Source: Desulfobacterales bacterium
GTDB lineage: Bacteria; Desulfobacterota; Desulfobacteria; Desulfobacterales; Desulfosalsimonadaceae
Assembly: GCA_046543065.1 (NCBI GenBank)
Contig: JBKHAE010000002.1
Coordinates: forward strand, 7,144-71,143
Length of the DNA stretch: 64,000 nt
Direction of reading: 5' to 3'
Position 1 is the stretch's first letter, and each line of letters opens with the position of its first letter. The translations under genes and the position numbers were made by a program. Below, piece after piece: positions 37,119 through 46,936 of the stretch. The notes below the pieces were generated by a model. The model worked only from the letters and a program-made list of their open reading frames with translations, had not been told where the DNA came from and searched no databases.

Positions 37119-37143
37119 TTGAACTTACAAGGAGGCATCTAAA

Positions 37144-38142
37144 ATGGAATACACGCAGATCCCAGGACTGGACAAGGACATCACGCGCGTGGCGTTAGGC
37201 ACATGGGCCATCGGCGGCTGGATGTGGGGCGGCACGGACGAGGCGGAATCCATTAAAACCATCCATACAGCCCTGGATAAAGGCATCAACATCATTGACA
37301 CCGCCCCGGTTTACGGCTTTGGCACCTCCGAAGCAATTGTCGGCAAGGCCTTAAAAGAATACGGCCGGCGGGATGAGATCGTTATCGTCACCAAAACCGC
37401 CCTGGAATGGCCGGAACAACAAAACACTGTATGGCGAAACTCCAGTCCGGAAAGGATCCGAAAGGAAATTGAGGACAGTTTGAGGCGGCTTAAGACCGAT
37501 GTGATCGATATTTATCAGGTCCACTGGCCGGACCCGAATGTGCCTTTTGAGGAAACCGCAGGCACCCTGGCGCAGCTTCAGAAGGAGGGCAAAATCAAGG
37601 TGGCCGGGGTCAGCAACTACACCCCGGAGCAGATGGATGCATTCAGAAAAGGGGCTGCGCTGGGCGTCTGCCAGCCCCCTTACAACCTCTTCGAACGCGC
37701 GATCGAACAGGATGTGCTGCCCTATTGCCTGGAAAACGGCATTGCCACCCTTACCTACGGCGCCCTTTGCCGGGGCCTGTTAAGCGGGAAAATGCACGGG
37801 GAGCGCAAATTTCCGGGCGATGACCTGCGAAATGTGGACCCCAAATTCAAACAGCCCCGGTTTGATCAATACCTGGCCGCGGTCGAGGATCTCCGGGCAT
37901 TTGCCGAGGCCAACCACGCCAGGGAAGTCATCCATCTGGCGGTGCGCTTTGTTTTGGATAAGGGCGCCAGCGTGGCCCTATGGGGCGGCCGGCGGCCGGA
38001 TGAAATGAATCCCCTGCCCGGCATGTTCGGCTGGCATTTGACAGAGGATGATTTACGGGAAATCGATGGCATCCTGGAAAAAAACATCAAGGACCCTGTG
38101 GGTCCGGAGTTCATGGCGCCGCCGGCTAAAAAAGCCGAATAA
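37144..38142 (+). CDS. Aldo/keto reductase
   Basis: LGTWAIGG, IDTAPVYGFG and YQVHWPD motifs. AAGGAGG RBS. Confidence 0.85.
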   Translation: MEYTQIPGLDKDITRVALGTWAIGGWMWGGTDEAESIKTIHTALDKGINIIDTAPVYGFGTSEAIVGKALKEYGRRDEIVIVTKTALEWPEQQNTVWRNSSPERIRKEIEDSLRRLKTDVIDIYQVHWPDPNVPFEETAGTLAQLQKEGKIKVAGVSNYTPEQMDAFRKGAALGVCQPPYNLFERAIEQDVLPYCLENGIATLTYGALCRGLLSGKMHGERKFPGDDLRNVDPKFKQPRFDQYLAAVEDLRAFAEANHAREVIHLAVRFVLDKGASVALWGGRRPDEMNPLPGMFGWHLTEDDLREIDGILEKNIKDPVGPEFMAPPAKKAE

Positions 38143-38189
38143 GCCGAATAAGCCGAATAAGCCGAATAAGCCGGATAAGTTGGATAAGC
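38132..38189 (+). repeat. 9-bp tandem repeat (AAGCCGAAT)x4 plus two degenerate units
   Basis: aagccgaat x4, then aagccggat, aagttggat and aagc. The first unit contains the AKR stop codon. Confidence 0.9.
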
Positions 38190-38219
38190 AGATCTCATTT
38201 AACTGCGGGGGGGCGGCCA

Positions 38220-40877
38220 TTACATCCGGTCCAGCACCTCCCGGATCCTGGCGGTAAGCCGGCTCGGCACCAGGGGTTTGCTGATAAAATCAACATCCGG
38301 CATACTTTCATCCCCCTCAAGTGCCGCTTGATCTGAGAACCCGGACATGAAAACCACCGGGGTTTCCGGATGCAGTTCCCGGAAGCGCGCGGCCAGTTCC
38401 CGGCCGTTCATCCTGGGCAGCATGATATCCGTCAGCAGCAAATCAATCGGCTCCGAATGCGTGCGGCCGATTTCAAGGGCCTGCTGACCGCTGTAAGCGG
38501 TTAAAACCGAATACCCGAGCGGGGCCAGGCTGTCTTTGATCAAATTGCTGACTGACGGGTCGTCTTCAACCACCAGGATCGTCTCCGTTCCGGCGGCAAG
38601 CGAGGCCTCCGCCTCCCGGTCTTTTTCAGGGGCCTCTGCCTGAACAGCCGGGAAATAAATATTAAATGCCGTGCCCTTGCCGGGTTCGCTATAGATAAAA
38701 ATATAGCCCTTATGCTGTTTCACAATTCCGTGTATGGTGGATAATCCCAGGCCGGTGCCGTCATCTTTGGTGGTAAAAAAGGGTTCAAAAATATGCTGCC
38801 GCACCTCTGGCGTCATGCCGATGCCCGTATCCGAAACCCGGAGCAGGACATAGACGCCCGGCACCATGTCCTGGCGCATGCCGAGGGAGGATGCATCCAG
38901 GTATACATCCCGCACCTCTATGATCAATGTGCCGCCCTTTGGCATGGCATCATTGGCGTTGACCGCCAGATTAAGCAGGATCTGCTCAATCTGGCCGGCA
39001 TCTGCCTGAATATACCGGGTCGATGGATCGATATCAAAGCGCAGGGTCACATTTTCGTTGACCAGGGACTGAAGCATAGCGGAAAGATTTTTAACAATAT
39101 CTTCGATGGCCAGGATTTTAAACTCCATGACCTGTTTGCGGGAAAATGCCAGCAGCTGCCGGGTCAGTTTTGCGGCCCGGCTGCCGGCATCAAAGATCAA
39201 CTCAAAATTTTTGCGATATTCATGGGATTCCGGCAGCTTCAGCAGTGCAATTTCACTATAGCCAAGAACTGTGGTGATCAGATTGTTAAAATCATGGGCC
39301 ACGCCACCAGCCAGCCGGCCTAAAGCTTCCAGCTTCTGGGACTGCAAAAGCTGCTGTTCAAGTTGTTTTCGCTCCGTAATGTCAAACAAATAGCCTTTGA
39401 TCTGATCCAGGGTGCCGTCCCCGCCCCGGTTGGCGCTTAAATTGGCGATAACATGGATACGGGTGCTTTTTTTCCCGATCAATTCCACCTCGTACCCTTC
39501 GATATGACCCTGCCCGCGGAGCAGGGTCATACATGTTTCATAATCGGCCGGACTGGCAAAAAGCTCCTGCAGACGAGACTGAATTGCCTCAATAATGGAG
39601 CGGAATCCGAACAGGCGGGCAAAGGCCGGATTGCAGTCAATCAGGCTGCCGTCCGGGGTTGCAATAAAATCAGCGGTCAAATCCTCTTCAAAAAACCGGC
39701 GATACCGCTCCTCACTCACCCGCAGGGCGGATTCGCTATGGCGCCGCCGGCGAATATTGACCAGCAGAATGAGTACGACGATCACAAGGCCGGCGATAAT
39801 CGCGCTGGTGGCATGAATCACTTCTCTATGGGTCTCGTAAAAACTGACCGGCTGGTTGATGATCCGGCTGTCCGGCGGCAGCTGAGATTTTTTAATATCA
39901 AAGCGCTTGAGCTGCGCATGATCAAATTCCGGATTGTAGACCGCAGACTGAATGGGAATTTCCGCCGGTTTTTCGCCCTTTAGAATTTTTTTGGCGAGCT
40001 TTGCGGCATTTCTCCCATGCCGGCTGGCATCGTTTAAAGCGCCCCCGACAATCCCATAGCCCAGTTCAGCCCCCCACTGCCCGTAAACCGGGACGGGGCA
40101 GATACGGCTCAAATGCGGCAAATCATCCGTATAGGAAAAATAGCGGCCGTTTTTATCGGTTTGCAGAATATTTAAAAAGACAATGGTATCTGACGAAAGC
40201 CGGCTGAGCCGGGTGTATAGTTCATCAAGGGAGAATTGATTCCACAATTCAATCTCCGGGCCGATATCCGCCGATTGATCCATCAGCCCACGGGTGACCA
40301 TGGAAAGTGACTGCCCCAGCTTCGTGGTATCGGCAATCACCACCACCCGTTCGGCCTGCGGATGGATTTTCTCGATCAAGCGGATGTTTTCAGAAATGGC
40401 GTCAGATTCCACAATACCCGTAAACCATCGCTCCGGCCGATCCTTTACCCGGTCAAAAAAATTAATACCGCAAAACACCACAGGGACGCCCGGAAACAAC
40501 TCCTGCCGGTATTTGGACAAAAAATTAAAGGCATTGTCATCTGTTGTGATAATGACATCGCGCGCGGTCTCCTGAGCCTGATATTTTAATTTGTACAACT
40601 GGTAGAGGCGCTCATAATAGGCCGCATCCTCGCGCTTGCGGCTGTCCATATATTCAATGTCGATGTTCTCGCGCGGCAGTACCTCTTCAAATTCCCGGGT
40701 GATGGCGCGCACGATTTGATCAGTCCAATTGTACTGGGAGTGATAAGAGTTAAGAATCAGAATCCGGGTGTTCGAATCCAGGCCTGCGTCAGCCCAAATG
40801 ACAGGCGCCGGAGCTGCGATGCCGCCCAAAAAGACAAAAACAAGCATCCAAAAAATTGGGAGATTAACGCGCCGCAT
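38220..40877 (-). CDS. Hybrid sensor histidine kinase/response regulator with a periplasmic ABC-substrate-binding-like sensor domain and PAS
   Basis: Signal/TM, then a ~330-aa periplasmic domain, a second TM, a PAS domain, the H-box [10 protein letters not shown], the HATPase motif DTGIGM...GTGLGL, and the receiver ILVVEDD...[13 protein letters not shown]. Confidence 0.85.
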   Translation of the reverse strand: MRRVNLPIFWMLVFVFLGGIAAPAPVIWADAGLDSNTRILILNSYHSQYNWTDQIVRAITREFEEVLPRENIDIEYMDSRKREDAAYYERLYQLYKLKYQAQETARDVIITTDDNAFNFLSKYRQELFPGVPVVFCGINFFDRVKDRPERWFTGIVESDAISENIRLIEKIHPQAERVVVIADTTKLGQSLSMVTRGLMDQSADIGPEIELWNQFSLDELYTRLSRLSSDTIVFLNILQTDKNGRYFSYTDDLPHLSRICPVPVYGQWGAELGYGIVGGALNDASRHGRNAAKLAKKILKGEKPAEIPIQSAVYNPEFDHAQLKRFDIKKSQLPPDSRIINQPVSFYETHREVIHATSAIIAGLVIVVLILLVNIRRRRHSESALRVSEERYRRFFEEDLTADFIATPDGSLIDCNPAFARLFGFRSIIEAIQSRLQELFASPADYETCMTLLRGQGHIEGYEVELIGKKSTRIHVIANLSANRGGDGTLDQIKGYLFDITERKQLEQQLLQSQKLEALGRLAGGVAHDFNNLITTVLGYSEIALLKLPESHEYRKNFELIFDAGSRAAKLTRQLLAFSRKQVMEFKILAIEDIVKNLSAMLQSLVNENVTLRFDIDPSTRYIQADAGQIEQILLNLAVNANDAMPKGGTLIIEVRDVYLDASSLGMRQDMVPGVYVLLRVSDTGIGMTPEVRQHIFEPFFTTKDDGTGLGLSTIHGIVKQHKGYIFIYSEPGKGTAFNIYFPAVQAEAPEKDREAEASLAAGTETILVVEDDPSVSNLIKDSLAPLGYSVLTAYSGQQALEIGRTHSEPIDLLLTDIMLPRMNGRELAARFRELHPETPVVFMSGFSDQAALEGDESMPDVDFISKPLVPSRLTARIREVLDRM

Positions 40878-41145
40878 GAGCTATTCCTAAAAGAAACCTC
40901 AGGGTAAACCTTTTTGATGATTAAACTTCTATCAATTAATACGGGTGGGATTTGAATACAAGAGCGAATTCTCTTCTTCATGACCGGTAGTGAAAAAATA
41001 AAAAAACCTGAGCATCGGTCCCAAAACATAACTTGAAGTAAAAGTTAATTGCCACCCCTGATGAAAAGGCGTATTTTAATTTAGAGGCGAAACTGTCAAA
41101 CCCGCCGCCAAATAATTATACCTTTTTTTAGGCGGAGAAAAACCT

Positions 41146-42384
41146 ATGCCCCGAAAAAATGATTTTTATCATTTAATCTGCTCTTTTTGCGGCAAACCCC
41201 AGACCGAAGTCAACAAAATGATCGCCGGGCCGTCTGTCTACATATGCAATCAGTGCGTGGAAAGCTGCAAAAAAATCATTGAAAGGGAATTGGCCTGTGA
41301 TACGAGTTACTTGCAGGCCATCGCCCGGCCCTCTGAAATCGCGCAGCAGCTGGATGCCTATGTCATCGGTCAGGAACCGGCCAAAAAAATTCTTTCCGTA
41401 GCTGTTTATAACCATTATAAGCGCCTTGCGGCCAAACCGAATACCAGAGATGTGGAAATCCAGAAAAGCAACATTCTGCTCATCGGCCCCACCGGCACCG
41501 GCAAAACGCTTTTGGCCCAGAGCCTTGCCCGGATGCTGAACGTCCCGTTTGCCATAGTCGATGCCACCACCCTGACGGAGGCCGGTTATGTCGGGGAGGA
41601 TGTGGAAAATATTATCCTCTATCTGCTGCAAAATGCCGACTATGATATTGAACGGGCCCGCAAGGGGATCGTCTATATCGATGAGATTGACAAGATCGCC
41701 CGGCGATTTGACAACAGTTCCGGGCGGGATGTCTCCGGAGAAGGGGTTCAGCAGGCCTTACTCAAATTACTGGAGGGCACAGTTACCCGGGTGCCGCCCA
41801 AAGGCGGCCGCAAACATCCGCAGCAGGATTTTATCCAGATCGATACCACGGATATTCTCTTTATTTGCGGCGGCACATTCAGCGGCATTGAAAAGCTGAT
41901 CCAGCATCGCCTGGGATCGAGAACCATCGGATTCGGGGTTAATGCGAAAAGTGCGAATCAAGGGGCAAAGGACGATGTGCTGCCCATGGCCCAGACCGAA
42001 GATTTCCTGAAGTATGGGTTTATCCCCGAATTCATCGGCCGCCTCCCGGTCATCGCCCCGCTCCATGAACTCCCTGAGACCGCGTTGATCCGAATCCTGC
42101 AAGAGCCCAGAAATGCCTTGATCAAGCAGTATCAAAAACTCTTCGAAATTGAAGGGGTGACGCTCAAATTCACAGATGATGCCCTGCGGGCCATTGCTGC
42201 AGGCGCCATCAGGCGCAAGGCCGGCGCCAGGGGACTGCGCGCGATTATGGAAGCCTGCATGCTGGATATTATGTATGACCTGCCCGGCTATAAAAACGTG
42301 GCTGAATGCGTAATCGACGAAGCGGTCATTTTAAATAAAGCCGGCCCGGAATTGATGTTTACCTCCTCCCAGAAGCATGCATAG
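41146..42384 (+). CDS. clpX: ATP-dependent Clp protease ATP-binding subunit ClpX (no adjacent clpP)
   Basis: Zn-finger CSFCGK...CNQC, Walker [12 protein letters not shown] loop GGRKHPQQ and the IGF loop (TIGFGV). Confidence 0.9.
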   Translation: MPRKNDFYHLICSFCGKPQTEVNKMIAGPSVYICNQCVESCKKIIERELACDTSYLQAIARPSEIAQQLDAYVIGQEPAKKILSVAVYNHYKRLAAKPNTRDVEIQKSNILLIGPTGTGKTLLAQSLARMLNVPFAIVDATTLTEAGYVGEDVENIILYLLQNADYDIERARKGIVYIDEIDKIARRFDNSSGRDVSGEGVQQALLKLLEGTVTRVPPKGGRKHPQQDFIQIDTTDILFICGGTFSGIEKLIQHRLGSRTIGFGVNAKSANQGAKDDVLPMAQTEDFLKYGFIPEFIGRLPVIAPLHELPETALIRILQEPRNALIKQYQKLFEIEGVTLKFTDDALRAIAAGAIRRKAGARGLRAIMEACMLDIMYDLPGYKNVAECVIDEAVILNKAGPELMFTSSQKHA

Positions 42385-42484
42385 AACCCGTAATTCTGAC
42401 TTGGGATCATAATTGCGCCTGCCTGTTTGAACTGATATATTCAAGATATCATTTGAATACTGAATATTTTTGGAGGCAAATTTT

Positions 42485-43303
42485 ATGACGGTTGAACATG
42501 AAATCCAAAAAGCCGCCGAAATTATAGCCAATGCCAAGCAGGCCGCAGCGTCCTGCGGGGCCGGGATCTCGGCTGAAAGCGGTATCGCAACATTCAGAGA
42601 TCCGGGCGGCGTCTGGGACAAACTAAACCCCGCAGAGGTCGGCACCACCGCCGGGCTGCTAAACACACTGGACCGCAATGGCCGGAAACTGATTCCGTTT
42701 TTTATCGAGCTTCTGGAAGCCTTTGAGCAGTCAAACCCGAATCCTGCCCATATGGCATTAGGCACACTCGAGGAAATGGGCATCCTAAAGACCGTGATCA
42801 CCCAAAACATTGACAATCTGCATCAGGAAGCGGGCAATACCGACGTGGTGGAGGTACACGGCAACGGGTTCCGGCTTAGCTGCATCAGCTGCGGCAAACT
42901 AAAGACCCGGCAGCGGCGGGAACTGATCGCTGAAATCAAAAGCAGAATCCAGGAACTGCGGGAATACAATCTCTCCACCATGGCTTCGATCATGCCGAAA
43001 TGCGATCACTGCCAGGCACTGATGCGGCCGGATGTGGTGATGTTCGGGGAAATGGTCAAGGATATTCCCCGGGCCTTTGCCGCGGCCCGCCGGTGCGACG
43101 CCATGCTCGCCATCGGCACCTCCGGGGTGGTATATCCGGCGGCGTATCTTCCGTTTGAAGCCAAAGATGCCGGGGCTCCGGTCATTGTGGTAAATCCCAA
43201 TGAAAATCCGTTTTCGCGGGTCTCGGACGCCTATATTCCCATGAATGCCGGCACAGTCATGCCCAAACTGGTTGAAGCGGTAAGAGCGATTAAAGGCGCG
43301 TAA
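42485..43303 (+). CDS. cobB: NAD-dependent protein deacylase (sirtuin, CobB-type)
   Basis: GAGISAESGIATFRD, TQNIDNLH, VVEVHGN and Zn-site CISCGK...CDHC. GGAGG RBS upstream of the ATG at 42485. Confidence 0.8.
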   Translation: MTVEHEIQKAAEIIANAKQAAASCGAGISAESGIATFRDPGGVWDKLNPAEVGTTAGLLNTLDRNGRKLIPFFIELLEAFEQSNPNPAHMALGTLEEMGILKTVITQNIDNLHQEAGNTDVVEVHGNGFRLSCISCGKLKTRQRRELIAEIKSRIQELREYNLSTMASIMPKCDHCQALMRPDVVMFGEMVKDIPRAFAAARRCDAMLAIGTSGVVYPAAYLPFEAKDAGAPVIVVNPNENPFSRVSDAYIPMNAGTVMPKLVEAVRAIKGA

Positions 43304-43454
43304 ATCGAGTCGTATGTGTCCATGGCGATTGACAGCCGTTGTTTCAGGTTTATTTTTAACATAACACATAAAATTAATCACAATTTTAAACAATTGAATT
43401 GATGCATGGGCGGGATCTATCTGATGATAGACGGACGAACAGGAGGTGATGTAA

Positions 43455-43853
43455 ATGTCTTCCGTTAACATGGCAGAAGAAAACGCGGGCATCAATGAAT
43501 TCTCCGATATAAAAGAATATCTGCTCAGCCGAAAGCGGGAGCTCTGGAATCAGATCCGCGAAACCCTTGAAAAGGATGCAATACAAAAACATCAGGAGAT
43601 TGCGGATGTGATCAGGGAAAGCGGAGATGTGGCGCTTGAGGAATTGAGAGAGGCAAACACCCTTTCCCTGATCGGGCTCAAGGTGGATGAACTCGAGGAA
43701 ATCGACCAGGCATTGAATCGCATCGAAGCCGGAGAGTACGGCAAGTGCATTGACTGCGGCAAACAGATCAATAAAGAGCGGTTAAAAATAATGCCCTATG
43801 CGGTCAGATGCCGGCACTGTCAGGCACATCATGAACAGATCCAAAACCCCTGA
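43455..43853 (+). CDS. TraR/DksA family C4 zinc-finger protein
   Basis: Coiled-coil N-terminus and C-terminal CIDCGKQINKERLKIMPYAVRCRHC. AGGAGG RBS. Confidence 0.75.
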   Translation: MSSVNMAEENAGINEFSDIKEYLLSRKRELWNQIRETLEKDAIQKHQEIADVIRESGDVALEELREANTLSLIGLKVDELEEIDQALNRIEAGEYGKCIDCGKQINKERLKIMPYAVRCRHCQAHHEQIQNP

Positions 43854-43893
43854 TGAAAGCCCGTTTCAGGCGGAATTACGGGAGCAGCAGAAG

Positions 43894-44118
43894 ATGAACA
43901 TCGTAAAAAATGACCCGGGCTTTATGGACCGGCGGTCCGGAAGAGACCGGCGGTCCGGCAATGACCGACGAAGTCAAACGTTCACACAGAATCATCCGTA
44001 TGCTAAAAATTTGCGCTGCGGGTTTGAACGCAGAAAATTGGATGAAGATCGTGCCGGATGGGTGCGCATCTCAATTTACAGCAGTGCGGATATTGGTCTG
44101 CCGGTGGATGAGTTGTAA
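43894..44118 (+). CDS. Small Arg-rich hypothetical protein with DRRSG repeats
   Basis: MNIVKNDPGFMDRRSGRDRRSGNDRRSQ... (74 aa). Coding status is uncertain. Confidence 0.35.
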   Translation: MNIVKNDPGFMDRRSGRDRRSGNDRRSQTFTQNHPYAKNLRCGFERRKLDEDRAGWVRISIYSSADIGLPVDEL

Positions 44119-44280
44119 ATCATTTCCTTTTTTCGCCCCGGCGCTGGCAACTCAGGGCAGACAGCGCCGGGGCGAATGGGCGTGATTAAACCCCTTAACT
44201 AAGCATTCCTGAAGGGGGTTTTTGTATGTCTTTAAGAATATATACGCAACAGCCTTTTTTGCAAATAAACGCGCCCTCCC

Positions 44281-44979
44281 CTACATCAGGGAAATCAAGG
44301 AACGCCACCGGTCAAGTGCTGTTTCCGTGGAAAGCCTCTTTTGCTGCAATATGGTAATTATCTTTTCATCATTGAATCGCAGAAACGGGTCCACCAGTTT
44401 TTCCTCCCCCAGTGTGGCGCAGACATGGGCCGGATCGTATTCGGCCAGATACGCATCGATATGGGGGTTGTCCGGTTCCAGGGCCCTGGCAAATCCCATG
44501 TACTCCCCAACATAATCATGGCCGGCATAAACCCGGGTTTCATCCGAAAATGCCAGAATCTTCTGGATGGACTGAAAGAATCCGTCCACATCGCCGGTAA
44601 AACAGCGCCCCACTTTGCCGTTAAACAGCGTGTCCCCGGAGATCAAAACCTGATCAAAATAAAAGCATACCGAATCCCGGGTGTGCCCGGGCGTATGCAT
44701 CAAGTGAAGGGATTCGCCATCAACCTTAATTTCACGGCTTGCCCTTAGCGCATCAAAATCCAGATACCGGGCATCGGTCTGGTCAAGCAGCGCCTGGTTG
44801 CCAACCAGATGGTCCATATGGGAGTGGGTGTTGGTCACATACGCAAGATTCAGGTTGTGCGCCGCCAAAAATGACAGGATCGCCTCTGCCGCCCCGCCGT
44901 CAATCGCCACAGCGGTTTTTTCCCCATAGACCAGATATCCCAGATTATCCGCCCCGTATCTGAATTGCTTGATCTGCAT
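44281..44979 (-). CDS. MBL-fold metallo-hydrolase (hydroxyacylglutathione hydrolase-like)
   Basis: THSHMDH (HxHxDH), TPGHT and a later GD / H pattern. Confidence 0.8.
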   Translation of the reverse strand: MQIKQFRYGADNLGYLVYGEKTAVAIDGGAAEAILSFLAAHNLNLAYVTNTHSHMDHLVGNQALLDQTDARYLDFDALRASREIKVDGESLHLMHTPGHTRDSVCFYFDQVLISGDTLFNGKVGRCFTGDVDGFFQSIQKILAFSDETRVYAGHDYVGEYMGFARALEPDNPHIDAYLAEYDPAHVCATLGEEKLVDPFLRFNDEKIITILQQKRLSTETALDRWRSLISLM

Positions 44980-44993
44980 TAAACCCTCCCCTC

Positions 44994-45010
44994 CGTCTTA
45001 CTCTTACTCT
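44994..45010 (-). repeat. Hexamer tandem repeat family, copy 4 (reverse orientation)
   Basis: ccgtcttactcttactct is the reverse complement of agagtaagagtaagacgg. Confidence 0.75.
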
Positions 45011-45017
45011 AAAAACT

Positions 45018-45088
45018 CTCGCAAAGCCGCAAAGATCGCAGAGGGTTTATGGCCCATAAACCTTTGCGGTCTCTGCGGCTCTGCGAGA
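45018..45088. repeat. ~70-bp imperfect palindromic element (REP-like / possible terminator of the cytochrome gene)
   Basis: tctcgcaaagccgcaaagatcgcagagg ... cctttgcggtctctgcggctctgcgaga. The arms pair around a gtttatgg/ccataaac inner hairpin. Confidence 0.65.
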
Positions 45089-45102
45089 TTAAAAGGGTCA
45101 GT

Positions 45103-46614
45103 CTATTTACTCTCCTTATCCACCGTCTGTTCCAGCTTCACTTTGAACAACTCCAGCATATCATGCGGATTTTTTGACTGATACCACCGGCCGCTGGCAA
45201 ACACTCCGTAATCCGCTCCCATCATGGCCGAGGCAAACCGCGTGGAGTTTCCGTAAAACAGCCACTGTTCCACCCAGCGTCGCTCAATGGACTCATTAAA
45301 CAGGCTGTCATTCTGATCCGCGGCTTTTTGATCCCACGCCTTGGTCATGATTTGCGTGGCCACACCGGTTTGATGGTTGGTGGTTTCGATGGTGTGCTCG
45401 AACCTTTCGAAATGGCCGTTCACCCAGCCCCGGGTATGGCAGGACTGGCAGACCCCTTTCATGGTATTGTTTCGCTTTTCCTGCTCTTTTTCTGAAATCA
45501 GGTATTCGGCCGCCGGGGTTCCGTCCAGGGCGGTGGGCAGCGGCAGGCCGTCCTTATTTTTAATGATGGTGGTGTCCGCGGATTTGGGATGGGCATGCGC
45601 ATAAATCAACCCGAAAATCCGCCACGCCAGTCGGTCATTCATCTGATGGGTACGCTTCGCCTGAACCCGGCCGTCCGGGGTTGTCACCAGGCTTACATGA
45701 CAGGTGGCGCAGGTGGGCGCGGTAAAATCCTCTCCCGCCGTCCAGGGGACGGCGTTAAAGTCCCAGTCTTTGCCATGCGCCAGGGAGTCCACAATATTGG
45801 CGTGCTTGCTTACCTTATAGACCTTATATGCCGGCACATCCGGGCCTTTATGACACTCCGAGCAGGTATAGGGCTTTCTGGCCATCTCAATGGCAAACTC
45901 ATGTCTTGTATGACAGGCGGAACAGGAGCCTTTGCTGTCGTCCGGGTTGATCCGCCCCACCCCCTGATTCGGCCATCCGGAAATCTTCGGGAATTTCATG
46001 GAGCCGATATCGGTATCGCGGGTTTCCAGCTTATCCACGCTCAAGCGTGTGCCGTGGCAAAACAGGCAGGAATCGGCGCTGGTCCGGGCGTCCGGCGTAC
46101 CATGGGAAAGCGCCATATTCTCAAACGTCAAAGGCCCGTTGATGGATTTTACCAAATCCGCATAAACCGAATTTTCCTGAAGGTTGCCATGGGCTTCTGA
46201 CATCAGGTTTCCGGCAAACTGCTCCCTTTCAATCGGATGGCAGGCCGCGCAGTCATCCGGTGTTACCACGGTGTGCACCCTGGCGCCCTGATGATCGAAC
46301 GTGTCCTTGTGTTTGTCCGGCCGCATGGTATGGCATTCCGCGCAGCCTACCACGACGTTTTGATATTTTTCAGGAAGATTCTGATAGGACACGCGGCGTT
46401 CAAGCTCGGGCTTCTTCTTGGCCTCTGCCGGGGTAATTCGGGACATGCGGCTTCTGGCCCAGTTTTCATAGATATTGGGCGTCATGCTGCGATGACACGC
46501 CAGGCAGCTTTGGGTATCATCACTTAAATTTTCAGTGACGTCTCCAAATGCCGCCGGTGCAGCTGCTAAAATTATCCCGATGGCCAGCATCAAACTCCAT
46601 TTCAAGGGATTCAT
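45103..46614 (-). CDS. Periplasmic octaheme c-type cytochrome (HAO-family-like, tentative)
   Basis: Signal peptide plus 8 CxxCH motifs: CLACH, CAECH, CAACH, CLFCH, CSACH, CSECH, CATCH and CQSCH. 503 aa. Confidence 0.85.
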   Translation of the reverse strand: MNPLKWSLMLAIGIILAAAPAAFGDVTENLSDDTQSCLACHRSMTPNIYENWARSRMSRITPAEAKKKPELERRVSYQNLPEKYQNVVVGCAECHTMRPDKHKDTFDHQGARVHTVVTPDDCAACHPIEREQFAGNLMSEAHGNLQENSVYADLVKSINGPLTFENMALSHGTPDARTSADSCLFCHGTRLSVDKLETRDTDIGSMKFPKISGWPNQGVGRINPDDSKGSCSACHTRHEFAIEMARKPYTCSECHKGPDVPAYKVYKVSKHANIVDSLAHGKDWDFNAVPWTAGEDFTAPTCATCHVSLVTTPDGRVQAKRTHQMNDRLAWRIFGLIYAHAHPKSADTTIIKNKDGLPLPTALDGTPAAEYLISEKEQEKRNNTMKGVCQSCHTRGWVNGHFERFEHTIETTNHQTGVATQIMTKAWDQKAADQNDSLFNESIERRWVEQWLFYGNSTRFASAMMGADYGVFASGRWYQSKNPHDMLELFKVKLEQTVDKESK

Positions 46615-46666
46615 GGCAAGTCTCCATTTCTGTTCCGGTTAAACAATAAGAGGCAAAATCCTTTAA

Positions 46667-46759
46667 GTCCCCCTTTTCGTAAAGGGGGATTTAGGGGGAT
46701 TTACCATCATTTGAAATTATAAATCCCCCCAATCCCCTCTTTTCCAAAGGGGAATGAGG
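46667..46759. repeat. GGGGGATTT-type element, inverted pair (copies 2 and 3)
   Basis: gtcccccttttcgtaaagggggatttagggggattt, followed 15 nt later by a diverged inverted copy aaatccccccaatcccctcttttccaaaggggaatgagg. Confidence 0.7.
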
Positions 46760-46936
46760 CAGGAGCCTTTGTCTAAGGAGAATACAAACGGGTCTATTAT
46801 CGTAAGTTCCTTACTAAAAAAAATATCGCCGCCGCGGAATAAATCGTTTTTTGCGAAGCCATATAAATTTAACTTATTGAATCAAGGGGCCGGATGTCAA
46901 ACAAATGATCACCCGAAATGCGGCGAAAAATTTGGA

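Noticed and set aside
38048-38257. 69-aa ORF encoding KKPNKPNKPNKPNKPDKLDK.
   Set aside because: It is an out-of-frame reading of the AKR 3' end and the 9-bp tandem repeat. There is no RBS or independent support.
42485-43303. The SIR2-domain protein as a possible anti-phage defence effector (Thoeris, DSR or SIR2-HerA-like).
   Set aside because: The sequence is a compact canonical sirtuin with GAGISAESGIxxFR, TQNIDxLH, HG and a Zn-binding Cys4. No partner genes such as HerA, TIR, pAgo or SLOG are present. A CobB-type deacylase is the parsimonious call.
44124-44172. 13-bp GC-rich stem (CGCCCCGGCGCTG / CAGCGCCGGGGCG) as an intrinsic terminator between the convergent genes.
   Set aside because: The T-run lies 5' of the stem on the plus strand, which is an A-run 3' on the minus strand. 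Neither orientation has the required 3' U-tract, and the loop is 15 nt. I noted it only as a hairpin.
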